Assembly (NCBI GenBank): GCA_945883395.1
Contig: CAMCXP010000002.1
Span: forward strand, 1 to 51,488
Direction of reading: 5' to 3'
DNA: 51,488 nucleotides
Source: Melioribacter roseus P3M-2
Lineage (GTDB): Bacteria > Bacteroidota > Ignavibacteria > Kapaibacteriales > Kapaibacteriaceae
Made by a program: the position numbers and the translations under genes. Under the pieces are notes generated by a model. That model saw only the letters and a list, made by a program, of their open reading frames with translations, had not been told where the DNA came from and made no database searches. Positions 45,428-51,488 of this stretch are shown piece after piece. The stretch's first letter is position 1. The number at the start of each line of letters is the position of its first letter.

Positions 45428-46396
45428 CTATGAGCGCATGAGACGCTTGACCTTGGCTTTACAGATGTCTTTAAGGCGCTGCGGACTCGCTATTGTAAGC
45501 ACATCGGACCAGCCGACGATCCATGAGATGAGTTCGGGGGAAAGGGGCGCATGGAGTTTGAGTGTGGCACTGCCATCACGATGATGGGTAAAGCTCTGAC
45601 TTGGGTGCCATAACCGTGAGGTGAAGAACGCTACAGCATCTGCATCAATGCGCAGCGTGATCGTTGTGAGATCACCATCGTACACACCAAAGCGTGCCGC
45701 GCGATAAACCCCCTCGTCAAACTCGTGTAATGGATCTGTCACATCATTAGCACGCTCAACATGATCGATGCGATCGGCTGCGAGCGTGATGTACTGATTG
45801 TACTTCGGATGCCACGCGGCAACGTAGAGTCTGCCCGCGTGATTGATCAAGCGACAGAAACTCACGACAAATGTTTTGGCAACGGCAGCATCAATGGATC
45901 GATATGTTACGCGATCCCAGTGCGGATCGACAATTGCATAGACGATGCGCTCGAGCGCCTGATCACTTATGGCCGATGTGAAATGTCCGGGCGAGACATG
46001 CGCCACAAGATCATCCTTCATGAAGACGGTGCCGGGAACAACCTTCTCGAGCTTCTTCGCAAGACGGTCGACATCGGCTTCGATGCGCGTACCACGAAAC
46101 GCTGCGAGAGATCCCTTAAGGATGTGGAGCGAGAGAATTTCGTTCGCATCGATAGCAAAGGGCTTCAGGATACGCGCATGCGAGGGGATCGACCAGCGAA
46201 TGCTGCGGCCTTCTACTTCTTCATGCAACAGCACGCCCGACTCCGAGATGAGTCGTAGATCGCGTTGCAATTGACGTTGCGACACGGGTTTCTCTTCGTG
46301 GCTATGCAGTCGTTCTGCGATCTCACTTGTGGTGAGCGTCTGCCCTGAACTCAGCAGGGAAACAATGCGTAATACGCGGCGAATCTGATGTGACAT
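45428..46396 (-). CDS. WYL-domain transcriptional regulator (YafY-like: wHTH + WYL + C-terminal extension)
   Basis: N-terminal RVLRIVSLLSSGQTLTTSEIAERL; WYL-type RLYVAAWHPKYNQYITLAADRI; ~320 aa. Confidence 0.7.
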   Translation of the reverse strand: MSHQIRRVLRIVSLLSSGQTLTTSEIAERLHSHEEKPVSQRQLQRDLRLISESGVLLHEEVEGRSIRWSIPSHARILKPFAIDANEILSLHILKGSLAAFRGTRIEADVDRLAKKLEKVVPGTVFMKDDLVAHVSPGHFTSAISDQALERIVYAIVDPHWDRVTYRSIDAAVAKTFVVSFCRLINHAGRLYVAAWHPKYNQYITLAADRIDHVERANDVTDPLHEFDEGVYRAARFGVYDGDLTTITLRIDADAVAFFTSRLWHPSQSFTHHRDGSATLKLHAPLSPELISWIVGWSDVLTIASPQRLKDICKAKVKRLMRS

Positions 46397-46452
46397 GCTC
46401 TAAATATGGTGATATTCGCAGACACGATACGCCGTGATAGATGGAGGAGTTG

Positions 46453-47514
46453 ATGATACGACATTGCAGTGCGCTGATTATCACACTTGTACTGGCTGCT
46501 ACATGCACGAGCGCTATGCCTACCGATACCTGCGGCACATGCCGTGTACCGTGCGCGCAGCAGGGTGATGGCACGTTTACTGTACGACTCACGGGTGGGC
46601 GTGTCGATCCGCCTCATGTGTTCTCGCATGTCATACGCGATACGGTACGCGCAGGACGTACTCTCCGCCAAGCCTACAAGTTCTCGTGGTTATCAGACGC
46701 AGGGTGTCGCGATACGGTGATCTTGTCTGAGCATGCAGAGACGTTGGTCATGGGGCTTACTCTTGGTAAGACACCGCCGCTGTACGTTCCGATCCGTCCG
46801 ATTGCTGAGTACGACGTGATAACAGAGCCACGCGCTGCGCTGAACTTCGTGGAACTTGGCGGCATGTTTGCCTATGGCGGACGTGATACGTCGACACGTC
46901 AGGTGGGGTTTGCATCGTTGTACTATGGCATAGAAGCACTCGTTGCACCGTTCGGCGATCTGCTTGGCGATCGGCTCGCCCTTGCGCTCGGTGGTGGGAT
47001 GTTCTTCGAGCGTGGTCGTATGCGCATCCCTGTGATGGGGCATCTGCGTTATGCATTCACAAGCACAACGATCACCGAGCAGGCGCGCTTTGTTCCGTCG
47101 GCGTGTGCATTCTCGTGTGAACCAACCACAGACACCATCGCAGCACCAGATGGTGCGGTGCGTAGGGCGGGTCCTGATAGTGTGGACCGTGCGGCGATTC
47201 TCGTGCATGAGCGCGTAGCAACGCGTGATGCATTCGCACCGTACATCTTCGCCGAGGGCGGTCCGATCTTCAACGGTCCATTCGAGGGGGCTGGCCCGCG
47301 ACCATCATTGAATCCTGAAGACTACGGACAGTGGTTTGCTGGAGCTGGTGCTGGTATTGGTATTACGCCATGGCTGCACGCACAGCTCGCATATCGATTT
47401 ACGCGTCTCAACGTACGTACTCCGTGTGAGTTCTGTGCCGACGTGTATCAAGTGAATACCAACGCAGCACATGCCGTGCTGCTTCGCATTGCATTGCACT
47501 GGGGGTGGGAATGA
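46453..47514 (+). CDS. Hypothetical exported protein, possible outer-membrane barrel
   Basis: GGAGGAG lies upstream of ATG 46453 (track start 46441 is an alternative). Signal peptide ALIITLVLAATCTSA. Gly-rich alternating segments; last strand-like AHAVLLRIALHWGW. No recognised motif. Confidence 0.5.
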   Translation: MIRHCSALIITLVLAATCTSAMPTDTCGTCRVPCAQQGDGTFTVRLTGGRVDPPHVFSHVIRDTVRAGRTLRQAYKFSWLSDAGCRDTVILSEHAETLVMGLTLGKTPPLYVPIRPIAEYDVITEPRAALNFVELGGMFAYGGRDTSTRQVGFASLYYGIEALVAPFGDLLGDRLALALGGGMFFERGRMRIPVMGHLRYAFTSTTITEQARFVPSACAFSCEPTTDTIAAPDGAVRRAGPDSVDRAAILVHERVATRDAFAPYIFAEGGPIFNGPFEGAGPRPSLNPEDYGQWFAGAGAGIGITPWLHAQLAYRFTRLNVRTPCEFCADVYQVNTNAAHAVLLRIALHWGWE

Positions 47515-49475
47515 GTGTCAACTATCGCACACGCACACTACTCGCGATGATCGCACTCGTTGCACTCGTGAGTTGTCAGACCCCTACACAGCCAGTTGAT
47601 CTTACGGCTTCGCGCACGATGACGGTGGAACTTAAGACCACGACGAATGTGCCGGTAGCGAACGCAACGATCGATTGGACGAAGTACACCGGTCTGAATG
47701 CACCGATCAGTTCACGTGTAACGTCGGGCACTGATGGCTTCGCACGGTTTACGATTCCAGACGTCTCGGCCAATCGCGACTCCGTGCGATTGCTGATCAA
47801 CGTGCCATCAGGCTCGCCGGGTGGCCCTGCAGGCCCCTTTGACATCCGGACTAGCGTCTGCAACGACACACTCATCTCGCTTGCGATATCACCGGACATT
47901 CCATGTGGTACGCTTGATCGCATCGATACGATTGAACTCGAGGTATGTCCGTCAGCACAGCCAACAGGTGCAACTGCATGCCGCTATTACCCTACGACAT
48001 GTCAAGGCGGCGTGGTCTTTACGGTCGCCGATTCGTCGCGTGGATCGATCGGTGTCGGCGTTACCTCGTCAGGTGGAACATCCTCGACAGCGGAAGTATG
48101 CGCAACGTATGCTCCGGCGACTGATGCGGTGACGGGCGCAACGGAGACGTTGACGACGGTTGTTGAAGGGCGGTTGCCTGGACAAACCACGGTGCTTGTG
48201 CGCATCGGTATCGTTGTGATCGGACGTGTCACGTGTGAGCAATGTCCGTGTCCGACGTTCAACAAGACCGCATTCACGGCAGAGAAAATCTGTCTCGGCA
48301 ATTCCGCATCTGTTGCGCTACCACTGAGCACGCTCTACCAGCCCCTTACGGGTTCTGCTGAGTGCGTCACAGAGTTCACGCTCGTTGGCGCTGGCGATCC
48401 ATCATTTGTGGTGTCGCGTGGAGCACAGTTTGCCGTGCGCAACGGACAGGCCTTCCCAACGCTGGACATTGATGTGAATCCAACGGCTGTTGGAACCATT
48501 CAAACGACGCTCACATACAATGTGCGCACACGCAATCGTACCACAGGCGTCGTAACGGAGTGTCCGGCCAAGCTGGTTGTTGATGTGACGATCCCTGTGA
48601 TCTCAACGCAGTGCGTGATTCGTCCGCAGCGGCTTGATACACTCGCGAAGTGCGTGTTCAATGATTCGTCGACGGTTGACACATTCTTCATCGAGAACAC
48701 GGGTGAATGTCCGGTCACGGTGACGATCACCTCTGCGAGCTCACTCTTCCAGACATCGCCGCGTGGAACGGTTGTGATTCCGGCAAGATCGACGATACCT
48801 GTTGTGTTGTCCTTCGTTGCAACAAAGGCAGATTGGGATAACAACCCGCAGACGCCGGTTGGTGCGCGGGGCGACAAGTTCTTTACGAGCAAGATTACAG
48901 TAACGGGATGCGAGCAACAACCGCGTGTGTACGATGTTGTTGGCGCTGCATCGGTGCTCTGCAGCTCATTCAAGTACCAATGTCTGCGTCAGTTCCGTCC
49001 GCCCGGCTTCCCGAATGTGTATGCCGAGAGCATCCAACTTGTTGAAGACAAAACGAACATTGTCTACCAAAACGACAATCAGCGATTCACGCAATACGAC
49101 ATCTACGTGAAGTCGCTTACGCCGAATGGTGCAGCATGGGATGTGGAGCTGGGCTCGGGCGAGAAGAGTGGTCTGCCGTATGGCTTGTTCAAGCGCGTTG
49201 CAAGCAACTTCACGGTGAACCCCGGCGAAAGTATATGCGATCGCTATCCGTCGAATGCGTCAACAGATTGTTCGATCCTGAAGAACGACTTCAATCAAGG
49301 GGCATCAACGATCAGCGGACTTCGTCCGGGCGATGTTGTACTGTACATGAAGAACGGATCGCGCAGTCTCGAATGCGCACTCATTTGGATTCAATCAACC
49401 AGTCTCGACCGTCCGGGCACACAGGCATTGCCGCAAGTGTGCATCGAGATCTGCTATCCGATGTTCACACTATGA
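47511..49475 (+). CDS. Cysteine-rich multi-Ig-like lipoprotein of unknown function
   Basis: ATGA overlap with the upstream stop. Lipobox LVALVSCQ. About two dozen Cys by my count. Beta-sandwich-like repeats (TFFIENTGECPVTVTITS...VVIPARSTIPVVLSFVA). Confidence 0.6.
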   Translation: MSVNYRTRTLLAMIALVALVSCQTPTQPVDLTASRTMTVELKTTTNVPVANATIDWTKYTGLNAPISSRVTSGTDGFARFTIPDVSANRDSVRLLINVPSGSPGGPAGPFDIRTSVCNDTLISLAISPDIPCGTLDRIDTIELEVCPSAQPTGATACRYYPTTCQGGVVFTVADSSRGSIGVGVTSSGGTSSTAEVCATYAPATDAVTGATETLTTVVEGRLPGQTTVLVRIGIVVIGRVTCEQCPCPTFNKTAFTAEKICLGNSASVALPLSTLYQPLTGSAECVTEFTLVGAGDPSFVVSRGAQFAVRNGQAFPTLDIDVNPTAVGTIQTTLTYNVRTRNRTTGVVTECPAKLVVDVTIPVISTQCVIRPQRLDTLAKCVFNDSSTVDTFFIENTGECPVTVTITSASSLFQTSPRGTVVIPARSTIPVVLSFVATKADWDNNPQTPVGARGDKFFTSKITVTGCEQQPRVYDVVGAASVLCSSFKYQCLRQFRPPGFPNVYAESIQLVEDKTNIVYQNDNQRFTQYDIYVKSLTPNGAAWDVELGSGEKSGLPYGLFKRVASNFTVNPGESICDRYPSNASTDCSILKNDFNQGASTISGLRPGDVVLYMKNGSRSLECALIWIQSTSLDRPGTQALPQVCIEICYPMFTL

Positions 49476-51343
49476 TGAAGCACCTCGCACACTCGCTTGC
49501 GATCAGCGTGTTGGTCGCTGCATCATGCATTGCCCTGCATGCGCAAGACGATCCAACAGCGCTCCAACGTGATCCCGTGATCAACGTTGGCGCAGAAACC
49601 TATGCGATCACGTTCCGCGATGTGGGCGGACGTGTTGAAGCGTGGCTCACGGTTGCATCGAGCACGAGTGATCGTGGCGTGCGTAAGCTCGCGCGTTCGT
49701 TTTCGTCGATGGGTGCATTTACACAACCAGAGATCATCGATGATCCTGTGCTGAATCATCCCGACGCCACGTATAATGGCGTGCCGCATTTCAACCCGTG
49801 CGACAGTAACGAGCTCGTCTTCGTCTCCGATCGTCCGACGCAGGCAACAGGGCGCCGCAGCAACGACATCTACTATGCGCGTCGCACGAATGGTGCGTGG
49901 AATGTTGAGCGCATGAGCATCAACAGTGGCACATGGGACGATACGCCCGTGTTTGGTCCGCGCGGACAGTACATCATCTTCGCATCGGATCGTCGTGCAC
50001 CGGGGAGCGGACGTGCCGATCTCTTCATCAGCATGCGCACGCCGAATGGGTGGGCAGAGCCTTCGCCCCTTGGTGTATTGTCGGACCTTGCGACACACGA
50101 AACATCGCCCATGATTCATGGCGATCGACTGTACTTCTCGTCGAACAAGCGTGGCGATCAGGACATCTGGTGGATTGCGTTCAATGCGCAGACCGGTGAG
50201 ATCAGTGGCGAGCCGGTGCTCTTCGATCAAGCAGGCGTAAACGTTGTCGGCTCGAACGAGTATCACCCCGTGATCTCCACCGGTGGTGGATGGTTCTATG
50301 TCTCGAGTGATCGTGAGCAGGGGAGTGATCGTACGTACAAGATCTACCGTGTTGCGCGAGCACGAGCACAGCGCGACGTCAAGATCAACGTCACTGCTCG
50401 CACGCGCATACGCGACATGCAAAAGCGTCAGTTCTTCGGCGACCTAGATTCGATCTACGGTGTTGGCACATCGGTGATTGTGCGCGATCTGCGCAGTGGA
50501 CAAGAGATTGCAACACAGTCGCGCGCTGATGGATCACTCGTGTTGGAGCTCACCAAGGGCGTGCTCGATCCTGGTGTTGCTGATCCATCAACGCGCATTC
50601 TTACGCTTGCTGCGCAGCCCCATGATAAAGGCTTTGTTGGCGCAACCGATACCCTCGTGATCAGTTTAGACGGACGTTGTTCCGCGCAGCTTGAGCATAC
50701 GTTATATCTCGACGACACCACTACGCGTAAGCAGCGATGTGAGTTCACGTTTCGGACGTTCAACGTGCCGTTCTTCGTGACCACCTATTGGTGTCCGACC
50801 ACGCGCAAGTACCGCAACCTCACGCCATGCCAGAGTCTGTTCACCGATGATGTTGACTGCCAGAATCTCCAGCAGCCAGTGCCGTGTGAAACTAATGAAG
50901 CGTACACGTACCGATTCACACCAGCCAAGCTCGAGCGCATCCAGCGACGCAGTGAAAACTGTGTGAACTACAAAGAGTTCACTGACAGCGGAGCCGTCTG
51001 GGCTGAGTCGGTTGATCGTAACATCGAGCACATGCGCGACGAAGTGCGCAGTGCGCTCACAGATCCATGTCTGCAAGCAGCAGTTGCGCGAGGGCTCGCT
51101 GTTGAGATCACCTACATCGGCACCACCGACGACCGCACCATCCACGACAAGTGTCAGTACACCGGTGCTACCTATGCCAAGGTGCGCAGTGCTGCGCCGC
51201 ATATTGCCATCGATTCGGCTATCGTACCCTTCATCGCCACTGGACGGTACTTCAACCGCGGAGGGTATGGAGGAAAGGCAGGGGGCAACCAGCTCTTGAG
51301 CGACCTTCGCTCATTGTACTTCGCCATCCTCTTCGACAACTGA
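49472..51343 (+). CDS. PD40/TolB-like beta-propeller protein with Cys-rich linker and degenerate OmpA-like C-terminal region
   Basis: ATG 49472 overlaps the upstream TGA. Signal peptide SLAISVLVAASCIALHAQ. Four PD40-like blades (LVFVSDRP..NDIYYARR, IIFASDRRAPGSGRADLFIS, LYFSSNKRGDQDIWWI, FYVSSDREQGSDRTYKIYRV). C-terminal VEITYIGTTDDR...GGNQLLSDLRSLY loosely resembles the OmpA-domain core. Confidence 0.65.
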   Translation: MMKHLAHSLAISVLVAASCIALHAQDDPTALQRDPVINVGAETYAITFRDVGGRVEAWLTVASSTSDRGVRKLARSFSSMGAFTQPEIIDDPVLNHPDATYNGVPHFNPCDSNELVFVSDRPTQATGRRSNDIYYARRTNGAWNVERMSINSGTWDDTPVFGPRGQYIIFASDRRAPGSGRADLFISMRTPNGWAEPSPLGVLSDLATHETSPMIHGDRLYFSSNKRGDQDIWWIAFNAQTGEISGEPVLFDQAGVNVVGSNEYHPVISTGGGWFYVSSDREQGSDRTYKIYRVARARAQRDVKINVTARTRIRDMQKRQFFGDLDSIYGVGTSVIVRDLRSGQEIATQSRADGSLVLELTKGVLDPGVADPSTRILTLAAQPHDKGFVGATDTLVISLDGRCSAQLEHTLYLDDTTTRKQRCEFTFRTFNVPFFVTTYWCPTTRKYRNLTPCQSLFTDDVDCQNLQQPVPCETNEAYTYRFTPAKLERIQRRSENCVNYKEFTDSGAVWAESVDRNIEHMRDEVRSALTDPCLQAAVARGLAVEITYIGTTDDRTIHDKCQYTGATYAKVRSAAPHIAIDSAIVPFIATGRYFNRGGYGGKAGGNQLLSDLRSLYFAILFDN

Positions 51344-51381
51344 ACTGCCCCCGTTTGTTGGTCCACCTGTAATGTTAGTCA

Positions 51382-51488
51382 TTAAGCAGCGAACCTAAAG
51401 ATGGTTGGTTGAATTGATTCGGGTGCCGGAGGACGATACCCGAGACTGCTGTGCGGACGTTTGGTGTTGTAGAAGCGTCTCCATTGTT
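51382..51488 (-). mobile_element. 3' end of an IS3-family-type (rve/DDE integrase core) transposase gene; the rest lies beyond the window
   Basis: The minus-strand frame reads QWRRFYNTKRPHSSLGYRPPAPESIQPTIFRFAA-stop (stop at 51382-51384). YNxxRPHSSLGYxxP is the hallmark C-terminal segment of rve-domain transposases. It is absent from the ORF track because the fragment is under 60 aa. Confidence 0.7.

Noticed and set aside
45428-46396. WYL regulator as a marker of an anti-phage defence island.
   Set aside because: No nuclease, helicase, ATPase, methyltransferase, Cas, TIR, SIR2 or toxin-like gene is adjacent. All neighbours are exported envelope proteins and a cupin.
1-51488. Impression that the T9SS cargo, receptor and PorV genes use a different codon palette (more GGT/CGT/AAC/TTC) than the housekeeping genes between them, suggesting high expression or foreign origin.
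   Set aside because: I cannot quantify codon usage by eye reliably. It needs a computed codon-adaptation / GC3 profile before being claimed.
1-51488. Search for tRNA, rRNA, tmRNA, RNase P or other structured RNA genes.
   Set aside because: Every non-coding gap is 125 bp or shorter, and none shows cloverleaf-type or conserved RNA motifs.

Overview
Compact chromosomal window, well over 90% coding and roughly mid-50s %GC (judged by eye, not computed). It comes from a Gram-negative bacterium of the FCB-superphylum type (Bacteroidota / Ignavibacteriota / Kapabacteria / Rhodothermota-like); the exact lineage cannot be told from sequence alone. Lineage clues are three proteins ending in type IX secretion (T9SS) C-terminal sorting domains, a PorV/PorQ-family barrel, a GWxTD-domain protein, a BatA-N-terminal/vWA protein, and three TAnnTTTG -7-type promoter boxes. 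I call 40 protein-coding genes (one 5'-truncated at the left edge), the 3' end of an IS3-type transposase at the right edge, two intrinsic terminators, and a few small repeats and candidate regulatory sites. There is no rRNA, tRNA, CRISPR array, prophage or recognisable defence/toxin gene. Left to right the content is: giant T9SS surface protein; lnt; an M16 peptidase pair; a membrane protein; a BNR/T9SS protein; a TonB-dependent-receptor-like barrel + 1443-aa orphan T9SS-tailed protein + PorV/PorQ-like barrel; GWxTD protein; LPS genes (LpxL-like acyltransferase, GT9 heptosyltransferase); rluB; BatA-vWA, J-domain, M61 peptidase and TPR lipoprotein; clpS (minus strand). A tightly coupled plus-strand string follows: CADD-like oxygenase, class-II amidotransferase, orphan nuoL, SRAP peptidase, two periplasmic thioredoxin-fold proteins and an Arg/Asp/Gly/Pro-rich disordered protein. 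Then come a hypothetical secreted protein, lysA, and a minus-strand block (DUF1232, DUF3098-like, LuxR-type, two Crp/Fnr-type regulators, DUF985 cupin, PD40 lipoprotein, WYL regulator). Last is a divergent, translationally coupled trio of unknown envelope proteins ending at an IS3 remnant. I did not find an unambiguous novel system. The best candidates are (i) the receptor / giant cargo / private PorV module, (ii) the CADD-amidotransferase pair and the odd operon it heads, (iii) the WYL-centred envelope cluster, and (iv) the repeat-built disordered protein. All functional calls are motif recognition by eye; no database search, alignment or structure prediction was run.
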